DNA of 31,027 bases, taken from IMG/VR virus record IMGVR_UViG_3300025033_000013. One strand, given 5' to 3'. A program made the translations under genes and the position numbers. Origin of the DNA: an uncultured virus (IMG/VR IMGVR_UViG_3300025033_000013). Lineage: Duplodnaviria; Heunggongvirae; Uroviricota; Caudoviricetes. Below are positions 6,776 to 16,763 of the stretch, in pieces. The notes under the pieces were generated by a model. That model worked only from the letters and a program-made list of their open reading frames with translations. It was not told the DNA's origin and made no database searches. Position 1 is the first letter of the stretch. Every line of letters starts with the position of its first letter.

Positions 6776-7775
6776 TATTGTTGGCTTGTTCGAATAAAGC
6801 ATAGATATATTCTACATCACTATCAACTATAATATCATCAAAATCATTACCATAATACACAGTACATACATAATCTTTAAAAGTATATATAGCTTCACCT
6901 AATTCTTTACCTTGAAGACCATATCTCTCCATTACGGTTTTACCGTTGAACTTCATATTAACCAGCTTTTTCTTGGCAGCTTTATATTCAATTTCAGCTA
7001 ATCTTATATCAATATTAGCCTCTGGAAACCAACTTCTAATAACCTCAATAATATTATTCTTAGCATATTTAACCACATTCTCATTATACTCAGGATGTGC
7101 TGGTTTATCTTCAATGTAATCTAAGAAAGCCATATAAGATGCTCGTTTAAGATTTCTCTCACGGTTAATCTTATTTAATTGACTTAATTGAAACATTTCA
7201 GGGTTGAATAATGATGATGTCATTGTATATTCAAATATATCTTCAAGCGTGTCAAACCCATCTAACCATTTTTGGTAATCTAAACCTAAAAATTGAAAAA
7301 TCTTAGGGTAGTCTTTTGATACCATAATTTTAGTTTTGGTATTAGCATCACTAAAATAATTATACCATAACCCTTCTTGACCACTTTTAAATCCAATTGA
7401 TTGGGCTAATCTTCCCAGAAAATTTCCTAAATCGTTAAACGCTAAGTAGTGATAATTAGAATCATAATCCTCATCGGCACATGTAATGAAATCCACTTGA
7501 AGCTCCTTATAGTCAAATGACCATGCGTTACCATTATGAAAAATTTCATTTGGTTTAAATGTTGCATCAATATAGTCATTCATGTTACCATAAAAACCAT
7601 CCATTGATATAATGATATCGATATCACCAAACGTTTCTTTCTTAGCGAAGAATCGTGGTATGTCGTATCTTAAGAATGTTTTTGAAAGAACATCAAAAAT
7701 TTCATTCTTGATATCTTCAAATTCTTGTCTTTCGTACCTTCTTGTAAAGGTGTTTTTAAGTGCTCTACCTCCTAT
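6768..7775 (-). CDS. PolX/Pol-beta-like nucleotidyltransferase; true start appears to be ATA at 7775
   Basis: Frame open 57 codons upstream of the tracked ATG: IGGRALKNTFTRR...KETFGDIDII; later QVDFI and FNDLGN. Confidence 0.7.
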   Translation of the reverse strand: MGGRALKNTFTRRYERQEFEDIKNEIFDVLSKTFLRYDIPRFFAKKETFGDIDIIISMDGFYGNMNDYIDATFKPNEIFHNGNAWSFDYKELQVDFITCADEDYDSNYHYLAFNDLGNFLGRLAQSIGFKSGQEGLWYNYFSDANTKTKIMVSKDYPKIFQFLGLDYQKWLDGFDTLEDIFEYTMTSSLFNPEMFQLSQLNKINRERNLKRASYMAFLDYIEDKPAHPEYNENVVKYAKNNIIEVIRSWFPEANIDIRLAEIEYKAAKKKLVNMKFNGKTVMERYGLQGKELGEAIYTFKDYVCTVYYGNDFDDIIVDSDVEYIYALFEQANNIK

Positions 7776-7795
7776 GATTTCTAAGTTTTAAATTA

Positions 7796-8008
7796 TTAAT
7801 TTCTTAATCTAGTATTGATAATACCATTTATTTTTTCAATGAAAATTTTACGCATATACTGATAATCACAAACCTCACCAGCAAAATTATCAGGAGTGTC
7901 GATTTTTGTTAATTTATCTAATAACCAATACTTCTCAGCCCATTCAATAAATTCTTGACCAACAGTTACTGGTTCTTTAATTTCTACACAATCACTTAAT
8001 CCATCCAT
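7796..8008 (-). CDS. Hypothetical protein
   Basis: 70-aa ORF. Confidence 0.55.
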   Translation of the reverse strand: MDGLSDCVEIKEPVTVGQEFIEWAEKYWLLDKLTKIDTPDNFAGEVCDYQYMRKIFIEKINGIINTRLRN

Positions 8009-8274
8009 TATTGTTTAATATTTTTAACGGCTTGTACTTCGTTGATATTAATAACTCTATTACTTTTTATTACAATATCCATCCTTTTTTCTAATTCCCT
8101 ATATGGTTGGGATATAATCCATTCATGGTCATTACTACGAACTACAACATTAAAACCATAGTCTTTTAAAACTTATTAAATTAAATATTGAATTGTGCTT
8201 TTACCTGTAGCTGAATAACCAACTACATTGATATCGATTTCATTTCTTTCTAAATCCGATAATTCTCTTTTCAT
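8008..8274 (-). pseudogene. Small P-loop protein pseudogene
   Basis: MKRELSD...VVGYSATGKSTIQYLI**VLKDYGF...; two in-frame TAA codons; TATCTTTG promoter upstream. Confidence 0.55.
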
Positions 8275-8319
8275 TTTATTATATTTTCTACAAAGATACG
8301 TAAAATAAAATTAACTACC

Positions 8320-8762
8320 AAATTTTTTAGTAAAATCTTTAATTACTCTATCAATAACACTAGTACTAGATAAATTTATATTATAACCAAATTTATCGTT
8401 TAAAATAGATATTGTATTTCTCTTACTATTTTTATTTTTAATTGATTTTAAAATAAATTTTATTTCTATCCTACTAAATTTAATAGTTCGTTTATTATTT
8501 TTTTTTACTTTATTTTTAGAATCAATTGTATGTTTACTACCTAATTTACTTAACCTTATTTTTTCTTTAGTTTCTTCAGAAAGTGTTTTACCTACCTGAC
8601 CTTTAGAGCGATTAATTTTACTTTCTTCAGTCTCACGCCTATTTTTACTATTATTTGATTTTATCTTAAATTTTATTTCATTTTCTTCTTCTTTGGGGAT
8701 ATATTTTTTGATAATTTTATCAATAGAATAAACATTCTTAACATCTCTATTAAAATTTTTAT
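8320..8762 (-). pseudogene. NUMOD3 homing-endonuclease remnant
   Basis: GKTLSEETKEKIRLSKLGSKHT; no start codon; bounded by an IS left-end stub. Confidence 0.6.
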
Positions 8763-8778
8763 AAAAAGGAGCGTAAAA
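8763..8778 (+). mobile_element. Short left-end stub of the TnpB IS
   Basis: TTTAT|AAAAAGGAGCGTAAAA identical to 22915-22935. Confidence 0.65.
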
Positions 8779-8782
8779 TAAT

Positions 8783-10072
8783 TTAGACTATCTCAATTAT
8801 ATATTTAATAGTGCACTGTTTTGGGTTATAAATAATGAATTCATCATTTCTTAAATCCGCTCCACCATGTGCATAAACTGAATCATAACCTTCATCATCC
8901 ATTACTTTTTGAGATAATGAGTAACAACTAGAATCATGTTTATAAATATCTTTTTGTTTTCCATGATAAACATCATATAACAATAAATAACCCTTATTAG
9001 AACTACCATTTACCCAATAAGAACCTCTTACTGAAGTATAACCTAATGATTTTTGAGCCTTATTAGCATAATATATTCCATCACCAAACATTGACCCCGT
9101 ATGAACTGCACCTGAAGGTCTAATTAATAATCCTGATTGGATTATATTAAAAATATTTTCATTTCTAGACCCATGCCAGAATAATTTTCTGTCTTTAAAT
9201 CTAGCATTACCGTAATGTTTATCGAATACAGCTTGTGTTTTCTTATTAACACATTTATAAACCTTTTTAAGTCTATCTTTAGTTGGTCCAACCAATCTAT
9301 CTATCAATTCTAATTGTTTAGGGTCAGTTTCAACAGACACCTCTAACCCCATTTGTTCTAATAAGGTAATTTCCCCATCACCATCTAAATCATCATCAAT
9401 GGTTGAACCCTTTTGTTGACTAATAAGTTTTACCTGACCAGCCATTGTATCTAATGTATCTTGTTCGTTAGCTAAGAAGTTTTTTATCTTATCTAAATCA
9501 TCTTTATCATCCGCAGCATCAATCAAATAATCACGAACATCTTTCATTTTTCTTGGAATGATGGTGTACAGTCTTATTAATAAGTCGTTGATTTCTTTAA
9601 CATTAACACCAACTTTAGCCAATCCTGAAGCTTTTGTTAAAACTTCTTGAGCGGCATCAATTTGTGCTTGAGTTACAGCATCTTGTGTAACCTTATAGTT
9701 TCTTTGGATTGATTTATTTGCATAAGCCATTAAATCATCAAATAATTGTTTTACTTGATTATCTTTAATATCAGCTGTTTTTGATGATGTACTATTTGAA
9801 GAGGTTGTTGTGGTTTCAGCAATAAGGTCTGTAACATCTTGATAACCCTTTCTAGGGTTTGTTTTACTTTGAAGAACTTTATTCCATTCGTGTGACCGCT
9901 TGTAGACAGTCACTAAATCTTTACCAACTCGACCATAATCACATTTGATTCTACCATCAGGTTGTTCTTCCATTATATACACCTTATTACTTTGAGATGT
10001 TAACCCATTATCAACTGATACATGGACTAATTTTGCATACCTTAAACCATTTTCTTTAGTAATCATTTTCAA
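8783..10072 (-). CDS. PARP1-like ADP-ribosyltransferase (WGR-like + regulatory + catalytic domains)
   Basis: YGRVG (WGR-like), LYTIIP helical regulatory domain, LFWHGSR..GSMFGDGIYYA..KSLGY..NDEFIIY (H-Y-E triad); start may be ATG at 10066. Confidence 0.9.
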   Translation of the reverse strand: MKMITKENGLRYAKLVHVSVDNGLTSQSNKVYIMEEQPDGRIKCDYGRVGKDLVTVYKRSHEWNKVLQSKTNPRKGYQDVTDLIAETTTTSSNSTSSKTADIKDNQVKQLFDDLMAYANKSIQRNYKVTQDAVTQAQIDAAQEVLTKASGLAKVGVNVKEINDLLIRLYTIIPRKMKDVRDYLIDAADDKDDLDKIKNFLANEQDTLDTMAGQVKLISQQKGSTIDDDLDGDGEITLLEQMGLEVSVETDPKQLELIDRLVGPTKDRLKKVYKCVNKKTQAVFDKHYGNARFKDRKLFWHGSRNENIFNIIQSGLLIRPSGAVHTGSMFGDGIYYANKAQKSLGYTSVRGSYWVNGSSNKGYLLLYDVYHGKQKDIYKHDSSCYSLSQKVMDDEGYDSVYAHGGADLRNDEFIIYNPKQCTIKYIIEIV

Positions 10073-10387
10073 AAAATTTTATATTAACTCTTCAAAGGTA
10101 TGTAAATTATTTTAAATAACTAAATAATTTTTAATATTTAATTGCATCTATATACATAAACCTTTCGGTCTTAACATTACTACAACTACAATCTTTTCTA
10201 CTATTTTCTAATATTTTATCATGAGGTGTTGGTACAACCATAAAAATAAAATCTGGGATTACCAAATGAAATCCCCACTTTTTTTTTAATTTGTTGTAAT
10301 TTAATTGTTTCTTAACGCAATTATACTACATTTTGTCTGATTTTCCAAATTTTCGGCATATTTATATATATAAAAAACAAATATATT

Positions 10388-10576
10388 ATGGTAAACAAAA
10401 TTAAAGAGTGGATTAAAGCCACAGGATTAGGAAATCTAGGATGGGCGGGAGCTTGTGCTGGTTCTTTTATTTTTATTGGAGGTGGTCTTGGGACTTTCTT
10501 AGCGGGAGCTTGTGCGGGATTATTCGTATATTTCAACTATGCAGTCATCAAAGAGTTAATCCAAAAGATTAAATAA
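10388..10576 (+). CDS. Small membrane protein
   Basis: Two Gly-rich hydrophobic segments; ATATTTATA upstream and terminator downstream. Confidence 0.7.
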   Translation: MVNKIKEWIKATGLGNLGWAGACAGSFIFIGGGLGTFLAGACAGLFVYFNYAVIKELIQKIK

Positions 10577-10596
10577 GAGATAATTACCCTAAAACA

Positions 10597-10629
10597 CAAA
10601 ATACCCCACACAACAAATGGGGTATTTTT
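10597..10629. terminator. Bidirectional terminator between convergent genes
   Basis: AAAATACCCCA...TGGGGTATTTTT. Confidence 0.7.
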
Positions 10630-10879
10630 ACTTACTTTCTATCCAAGCGGCAGCTGTTGCAGTACCTTTTTCAACTACTGTAAGCCCTTTATCGACTTGT
10701 ACATAACAATCTGGATGCTCAACCACTAATTCATCAAATTTCTTATCAGAAACTCTTAAAACAACTATATCTGAATCAAGTGGTGTTATACCTAGATTCT
10801 TAACTGCATGTGCTATTTGCGCTGCAACCTTACCTTCAGGCATTTTAAGGTTTTTCTTATATATCGCCTTTATTCTCAT
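10628..10879 (-). CDS. Minimal peptidyl-tRNA hydrolase (Pth2 family)
   Basis: LKMPEGKVAAQIAHA..VVLRV..VDKGLTVVEKGTAT. Confidence 0.8.
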   Translation of the reverse strand: MRIKAIYKKNLKMPEGKVAAQIAHAVKNLGITPLDSDIVVLRVSDKKFDELVVEHPDCYVQVDKGLTVVEKGTATAAAWIESK

Positions 10880-10967
10880 TTCTTAAAATAAGGTTTTTGT
10901 GGGATTTCTTGTCTAATCCAATAACCTATTTTTAAAATAAGTACCCCTAAATTCCATCTAAATCTTT

Positions 10968-11510
10968 TCATGTTATCAATCCTTTATCTATTAATCCAAG
11001 AATGTATCTTGAATGTTCTTCATTTTGTCTAACAGCTCTCACACCGTTACCTTCAAAATCATCATCTTTGGCATCTCTAGCGATACCAAATGTCATATGT
11101 AAACCAAAATAAGGTCTACCTAACCCTAATTCAGCTCTAATCGCATGTAACTCTTCCCTACCTTCTTCTGGTACAACCAACCACCAATTGATACCATCGG
11201 ACCTAACATCAACTGATAAGTTAACTTCAATTGATTTTCCATCCCATTTCTTCTTAACATCATCCCATTTCTTAACATTATCACCCATATCTCTATGACT
11301 GTCGTTTATAAATGTTACATGAGCCTTTCTAATTGATTCTCCTAAAATAAGATTATATCTTTTTTTCACAAACCATCTGTAGTAAGCTTTGATGTCACCA
11401 TCAAATTCTACAAATGCGACTTTCTTCCAATCAGCTTGCTTCTTATGTTTAGAAGTGATGTCTGGTGGGTCAAAAACTATCTTACCTTTTATTTTAAATG
11501 TTGTATTCAC
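10968..11510 (-). CDS. 2H phosphoesterase
   Basis: Two HxT motifs (AHVTF, LHMTF); GTG start 4 nt after TATCTTTG. Confidence 0.75.
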   Translation of the reverse strand: MNTTFKIKGKIVFDPPDITSKHKKQADWKKVAFVEFDGDIKAYYRWFVKKRYNLILGESIRKAHVTFINDSHRDMGDNVKKWDDVKKKWDGKSIEVNLSVDVRSDGINWWLVVPEEGREELHAIRAELGLGRPYFGLHMTFGIARDAKDDDFEGNGVRAVRQNEEHSRYILGLIDKGLIT

Positions 11511-11561
11511 AATACAAAGATACAATAATTTTTTTAAAAAATCAAATTTTTATTTTAGCTT

Positions 11562-13196
11562 TCATATTAAATCTGTTATTTCTCCATTATCATCAAACAC
11601 CAATAATTGACGTTTTCCATTCTCATGAACCAAACAATGTCCGTATGCGTGAGTGCTAACACCCTTTCTAGTGTAGAACTGTTTAACATGCCCTGTAAGA
11701 CCCACAGAAGTCACACCATCCATTATTATAGGTGAGTGGTTATGTCCGTGTATCATTTTAAAGTTCATACGCTTATATTGCGTTATATTACCTCTAGAAC
11801 CATTTGTACCATGGTCACCATGCATAGCTAGGTTAAAACCTTTGATAGTTAAGTGGTCACCGAATTTAAGATATTTAACTTTTTTCTTTTTACCATATTT
11901 TTCGGTTAGTAAATAACCAAATATATTTCCATAAAGCTCTAAATCAATAGTTTGATGAATCATTGCATATTTCAAATAAGCTGGTGAATTATGTAAATCT
12001 CTTTTCCAATTCATATCGTTGATATGTCTATCTAAGAATTCATCATGGTTTGATTGAACCACATACACTTTATCACCACCACATTCTTTTAATACCTTTT
12101 TAGGAAATTTAACAGCTTCATCTACTTCATCTTCAATAAGGTATTTACCATTAACGATTTTTCTTCGTAAGCTAAACATATCTAACCTTTCATGTGGGTT
12201 AAATCTGGCCCCATCTAATAAATCATGCAATACGTGAACTTTAGGTTTTAAAATATCACACAACTCTTTGGTTTTCTCATATATCGCTTCATCAATAACT
12301 TCATTATGGATATCACCCCAAACAATAGCTTCAACATTTTTAACTTTAGTTACACCTTCAGGGGTTACCTTATAACATAAATCAGTAAATTCACCATCAT
12401 CAGTTACATAGATATTTCTAGGAATATGGCATGTACCATCTTCTCTCAACTCAATGATACTAAAACCATATGAATGATGTATAGCGGCAGTGTCACCAGC
12501 TTTACTTCTAGAGTAATTCTTCCTAGTAATCGCACCAGTCGTACTCATAGTTCTTAATGGTGTATTTCTAAGCCTAGCTTGAGTTTTAAAATGAATTCTA
12601 AATGCACCTAAAATCAAATGACCATCATCACTCAATGCATCTAATCCAGTTAATGGCATTTTAGCTGTTGGTGAAATATGTGTGTCAGCTGCTATGGTAG
12701 TATCACCAAATTCAACTTTATTATAATAGATATTATCCTTTATTTCATCAACCCACCACATGTCTTTTTTCTTATTCTGGTCTTCCGTTGGTGTTGTTGG
12801 ATTACGGTACCTAACTGGTATAACCACAATATTGGTCTCCTTATTTAACTTATTGGTAATAAAATCCTTATAAATTAACATTGAAGCTAATTGCTTGTGG
12901 TTAATTGGAGTTTCATTTTGAGCTGATGTTACCATTAAAACTTTTGTATTTAATGGTAGATTTCTATCACGAGCTTCTAATAATTGTGGTGGTAATTTTG
13001 ATGAGACTTTTTGTAAGTCCATTTTTTCTAACCACCATTTTCTTATCGTCCTACCTTCAACACCAAATTTATTTGTGAGAATTTCCATTTTTTCTTTATG
13101 GGTTAATTCCTCATCATAATAAGTCATTCTAATATAGTCCTTATTCTCGTCTGTTAAATCTTTAAATTTAACTTTGTTTGTTTTATCTTTACTCAT
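11562..13196 (-). CDS. HTH + calcineurin-like metallophosphoesterase
   Basis: FGVEGRTIRKW HTH; GDIH, HDLLDG, SNHD, HGD, GHNH motifs. Confidence 0.85.
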   Translation of the reverse strand: MSKDKTNKVKFKDLTDENKDYIRMTYYDEELTHKEKMEILTNKFGVEGRTIRKWWLEKMDLQKVSSKLPPQLLEARDRNLPLNTKVLMVTSAQNETPINHKQLASMLIYKDFITNKLNKETNIVVIPVRYRNPTTPTEDQNKKKDMWWVDEIKDNIYYNKVEFGDTTIAADTHISPTAKMPLTGLDALSDDGHLILGAFRIHFKTQARLRNTPLRTMSTTGAITRKNYSRSKAGDTAAIHHSYGFSIIELREDGTCHIPRNIYVTDDGEFTDLCYKVTPEGVTKVKNVEAIVWGDIHNEVIDEAIYEKTKELCDILKPKVHVLHDLLDGARFNPHERLDMFSLRRKIVNGKYLIEDEVDEAVKFPKKVLKECGGDKVYVVQSNHDEFLDRHINDMNWKRDLHNSPAYLKYAMIHQTIDLELYGNIFGYLLTEKYGKKKKVKYLKFGDHLTIKGFNLAMHGDHGTNGSRGNITQYKRMNFKMIHGHNHSPIIMDGVTSVGLTGHVKQFYTRKGVSTHAYGHCLVHENGKRQLLVFDDNGEITDLI

Positions 13197-13937
13197 TTAT
13201 GCTAATTTTTTATCTTTTAAGAATTCTCTTAAAAAGACATTCTTAGGGCCACCAACTTTTTCAACCCATTTATTATATTGCTCATCATTAACTCTAACCC
13301 ATGAAGCTATTTGGTCATCACTAACATCCCCAACGTAATCTAATGCTGGCATTGGTGAAAAATCAGGGTATAAATTTTTATTAAACACTCTTTCGTCAAC
13401 AAGAAATACTATCGCTGTTAACATAGAGTTTAAATCAGGTTCATAAAATCTTGAAACCTTGATGCCATTTAATGTTAAATCAGCTAAATGTTGTTGCATT
13501 GTGCCAACATATAACTCAGTTTTAAATCCATGTCTTACCTCATGACCTTCATTAGATGTACCGCCATTCAATAAAATATTGGTCATCCATTCAGTTCTGA
13601 ACCAATCATATTTTTCGTTATTCGTTCCCCATTCAAGACTATAAACATCATTTGCGTGATTAAATTGAATTCCTTGTTGAATTGGTGAAAGGTTATATGG
13701 TACTAAACCGTACATTCTTAATTCTAAGAATTTTTCAGGTTTTCCTGGTGTAGAATTATAAACTACTTTATACTCTTCTATAACAGATTTAAATCTCTCA
13801 AGACTAAGTTTATCCAACATATATTCATCATACTCACTCTCTTCTAAATCTAAAATTCTAATATTATTAACTAAACACCACTCATATAATGTATGTTCGG
13901 TTTCCATATTCTTAAAAGTCTCTTGTATCATTTTCAA
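13197..13937 (-). CDS. Phage Pth2-like protein with N-terminal extension
   Basis: RMYGLV..LSPIQQGIQFNHA..ILLNGG..FYEPDLNSMLTAI. Confidence 0.65.
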   Translation of the reverse strand: MKMIQETFKNMETEHTLYEWCLVNNIRILDLEESEYDEYMLDKLSLERFKSVIEEYKVVYNSTPGKPEKFLELRMYGLVPYNLSPIQQGIQFNHANDVYSLEWGTNNEKYDWFRTEWMTNILLNGGTSNEGHEVRHGFKTELYVGTMQQHLADLTLNGIKVSRFYEPDLNSMLTAIVFLVDERVFNKNLYPDFSPMPALDYVGDVSDDQIASWVRVNDEQYNKWVEKVGGPKNVFLREFLKDKKLA

Positions 13938-14121
13938 ATAATGTTGGGTTTTTATCCATCCACGTTTTTATTAAATTTTGGAAATTAAGTTGTAATGGGA
14001 ATCCACCCATGTAAATAACACCACCAATAAGTTCAAATTCTTGACCAGCTTTAAATTCGACACCTTCCATTGGGCTTGAATCTTTTGTTAATCTAAAAAC
14101 TCCGTTTTGTATGTTTTTCAT
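13912..14121 (-). CDS. Hypothetical protein
   Basis: Likely start MKNIQNG at 14121; upstream extension overlaps a promoter-like region. Confidence 0.65.
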   Translation of the reverse strand: MKNIQNGVFRLTKDSSPMEGVEFKAGQEFELIGGVIYMGGFPLQLNFQNLIKTWMDKNPTLFENDTRDF

Positions 14122-14180
14122 AATTTTATAATCTTTGTGCAATGTAACTACAAAAAAAGGAAAAAAACAAGTTTTTAGCA

Positions 14181-14208
14181 AAAAAAAAAACCACTTTTCG
14201 GTGGTTTT
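14181..14208 (-). terminator. Intrinsic terminator after the RNA ligase 2 C-part
   Basis: AAAACCAC-CGAAAA-GTGGTTTTTTTTTT. Confidence 0.75.
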
Positions 14209-14212
14209 ATTA

Positions 14213-15172
14213 TCAAAGTTTATTATATTCCTCTAAAAAGAGTTCTCGAACCTTTGTTGAAATGTATTTGTTGACATCTTTTGATTGGAGGTTATTATCT
14301 TCTAAAACATCCTTTTCTTCGGCCATAATATCATTCACAACCCATCTAATGATATCACCCATTTTTTTAATGTCAATATCTCCGTTAGGGAAAATAATGC
14401 CCATACCTTGTTCAAATCTATTTTGAGTTACAGCGTAACCAACAAATTCATGGATAGAATTTATTTTCTCAGTATCAACTTTAGCTAAAGTCTTAACTTT
14501 AGATGCGCTATGTCGTTCACCCTTCACTTTGAAACGGTAATCATGACCATCAACCGTTGCACACCAAACCACACCCTCACCAATTCCTTCAATACCAAAA
14601 GCTTTACCTACGGGGCATAATTCTTCAACTGCAATGGTAATCTCACTTAATTCATTTTGAGCCAAATCAGGTCTATTAAAATCAATTTCGATTTCATAAG
14701 ATAAGAAATCTTCAACATTATAAATTCTATGGTCAATATCTCTTAAATAGTGAGAAGCTAAATGATATGGTTTAGTACTATCTTCAGGTACAACTTTTAC
14801 GTCAAATATGAAAAATGACTTTTCTATTTGAGATATTGCAACTCCTTTTTGGATGCCTTTACCAGCCCATTCACCGAATACAATAACAGTATCGTTTGGG
14901 TTAATCTTATGGTTTACATATCTAACATGTTCAACCAATTCAAGGAATGCTTGTTTATTATCTTCAACATACCTTGCAAACCCCATATTATCATTTTCAG
15001 GAGTTATAATATTACTTCTAGATTGTGCCCAAATACCATCATTTTCAGTATGTCCAATACCCGCATTTGAATTATGCACCAAAATGTCATTTACAAAAAA
15101 ACAATTTGTGTCTTGTATCGTAAGGTCAAATGACCTTCTTTCTTTTATTTTATTTATCTTTTTTAATTTCAT
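14213..15172 (-). CDS. Split-intein C-part (34 aa) + C-extein of Rnl2-family RNA ligase
   Basis: FDLTIQDTNCFFVNDILVHN|SNAG; QSR, FGEWAG, FFIFDV, EGVV, FKVK ligase motifs. Confidence 0.9.
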   Translation of the reverse strand: MKLKKINKIKERRSFDLTIQDTNCFFVNDILVHNSNAGIGHTENDGIWAQSRSNIITPENDNMGFARYVEDNKQAFLELVEHVRYVNHKINPNDTVIVFGEWAGKGIQKGVAISQIEKSFFIFDVKVVPEDSTKPYHLASHYLRDIDHRIYNVEDFLSYEIEIDFNRPDLAQNELSEITIAVEELCPVGKAFGIEGIGEGVVWCATVDGHDYRFKVKGERHSASKVKTLAKVDTEKINSIHEFVGYAVTQNRFEQGMGIIFPNGDIDIKKMGDIIRWVVNDIMAEEKDVLEDNNLQSKDVNKYISTKVRELFLEEYNKL

Positions 15173-15977
15173 TATTAATAAATTTATTTAATCTATTTTT
15201 AATTTTTTCCCTATTTTTATACCAATCATCTTCCCAAACAACAAAAACTTTATATCCCTTTCTTTTTAATAACCAAGTTCTTTTTCTATCCTTTTCCCAT
15301 TTATCAGAGCAAATCATTTTAATTGCTGTGTTGTAGTAATCACCATCATATTTTCTAGGATTACAATGATATAAATCCCCATTATATTCCACAACGATTT
15401 TTCTATTAACATTACATTCATCAACCTCAAGTTTATCTATTACATGGTGCTGTTTAAATCCATATTCTTTTAAAAAATCATGTAATTCATTATGACCTTT
15501 AGATGTAAAACCAATTTTAGAATTTTTAAAAATCTTTAAATAATGTTTTAATCTAAATTCTTCATCTGAATTTAATTTATCGTGTAATGCCTTATTTGCT
15601 CTTGTTACTTGTTTATTTTGCTCTTTTTTACTCATAGACTCCCACCTTTCCGTTGAAAATCTACCAGAATTGTTATGATTCAAAGATGATGCTTCACCAC
15701 CCAATTTAGCATTTTTGGTTCTATCTTTTTTTGATATTTTACTTAAAGCTTTTTTACCTACCTCTGAAAGTCTTTTAGCTTCTTTCTCTTTAACACAATT
15801 TTTACACAAATCTTTTTCATTTTTTTCAAACCTTTTATTTGTTTTATCAAACCTTTCATTATATATGTGATTACAATCATCACATTTAACCATATTAATC
15901 GGAAATTTTATCTTAGATAGGTGTTTTGAGTAACCCCACCTACCATTTACTAATTCACACCATGTTGTAATTACCAT
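15150..15977 (-). CDS. Free-standing Vsr-like homing endonuclease between the intein halves
   Basis: EVDE..IVVEYNGDLYHCNP..WEKD..GYKVFVVWE. Confidence 0.85.
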   Translation of the reverse strand: MVITTWCELVNGRWGYSKHLSKIKFPINMVKCDDCNHIYNERFDKTNKRFEKNEKDLCKNCVKEKEAKRLSEVGKKALSKISKKDRTKNAKLGGEASSLNHNNSGRFSTERWESMSKKEQNKQVTRANKALHDKLNSDEEFRLKHYLKIFKNSKIGFTSKGHNELHDFLKEYGFKQHHVIDKLEVDECNVNRKIVVEYNGDLYHCNPRKYDGDYYNTAIKMICSDKWEKDRKRTWLLKRKGYKVFVVWEDDWYKNREKIKNRLNKFINNEIKKDK

Positions 15978-16021
15978 ATTTACTTTTTAATATAAATATG
16001 TAGCGTTTCATGAAACTAACT

Positions 16022-16486
16022 TTAATTTTGGTCATTTTCTAAAAAAACATCTTCTTCAGTTAAGTTAATGGCTTCAACCCACCCTCTATTTTTTGTGTAA
16101 ATTTTATGGTCTTCAGTACATTTTATTGAAGAATTATTATCAAATACTAGCTCAACCCAATTTTTATTTGATTTAAAGTTTTCAGTATTTACAACCTTTT
16201 TATCCACAAACCTATTAAATTCAAAATCATAACTCAAAATAGAATCACCAACATTAATTTCACTAATTGGTATTTCTTCACCATTACTTAAAGTAACTAA
16301 AGAGTTTTTATCAAAACACCCATGAAGTTTCACAGTACCTTTAAATTTAATGGTTGGTGCAACTTTAGAATAGTCAAAAATTGCATCACCATTCTCATCT
16401 TTACCTATGTATGCGGCTCTATCTCTAGCTTCTTTTACTACTTGTCTATATTGCCCGATTTTCGGGAATGCACTATGTTTTTTCAT
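16022..16486 (-). CDS. N-extein of Rnl2-family RNA ligase (56 aa) + split-intein N-part (98 aa)
   Basis: TVKLHG|CFDKNSLV..CTEDHKI..GWVEA..L (Hint blocks A and B). Confidence 0.9.
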   Translation of the reverse strand: MKKHSAFPKIGQYRQVVKEARDRAAYIGKDENGDAIFDYSKVAPTIKFKGTVKLHGCFDKNSLVTLSNGEEIPISEINVGDSILSYDFEFNRFVDKKVVNTENFKSNKNWVELVFDNNSSIKCTEDHKIYTKNRGWVEAINLTEEDVFLENDQN

Positions 16487-16763
16487 TATTTAATTTATTT
16501 AAAAATTTTTCACTTTGATTTGAAATGAATTTGAAGAATCCAATGATTCCAATTATAAACCAGAACACTGGCCAAACAAAACTAAAAGATATCCAAGCTG
16601 ATTCATTTGATTCATAATCATCCATCATTACATACCCTCTATCATTATCATCGTAATGGTCTAACCCAAGTTGTTTAGCACACCTCTTCAATGTAATTAA
16701 TGATATTACATACCCAATAACGTAAACCAAAATTATTGTAATAATTATAAATAACTTTCCCAT
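16473..16763 (-). CDS. Two-TM membrane protein
   Basis: Two hydrophobic segments, SFVWP motif. Confidence 0.7.
   Translation of the reverse strand: MGKLFIIITIILVYVIGYVISLITLKRCAKQLGLDHYDDNDRGYVMMDDYESNESAWISFSFVWPVFWFIIGIIGFFKFISNQSEKFLNKLNNEKT

Noticed and set aside
10137..10320. Possible leader ORF upstream of the PARP gene
   Set aside because: Only stop-riddled fragments, no terminator/antiterminator pair, and PARP has its own TACCTTTG promoter
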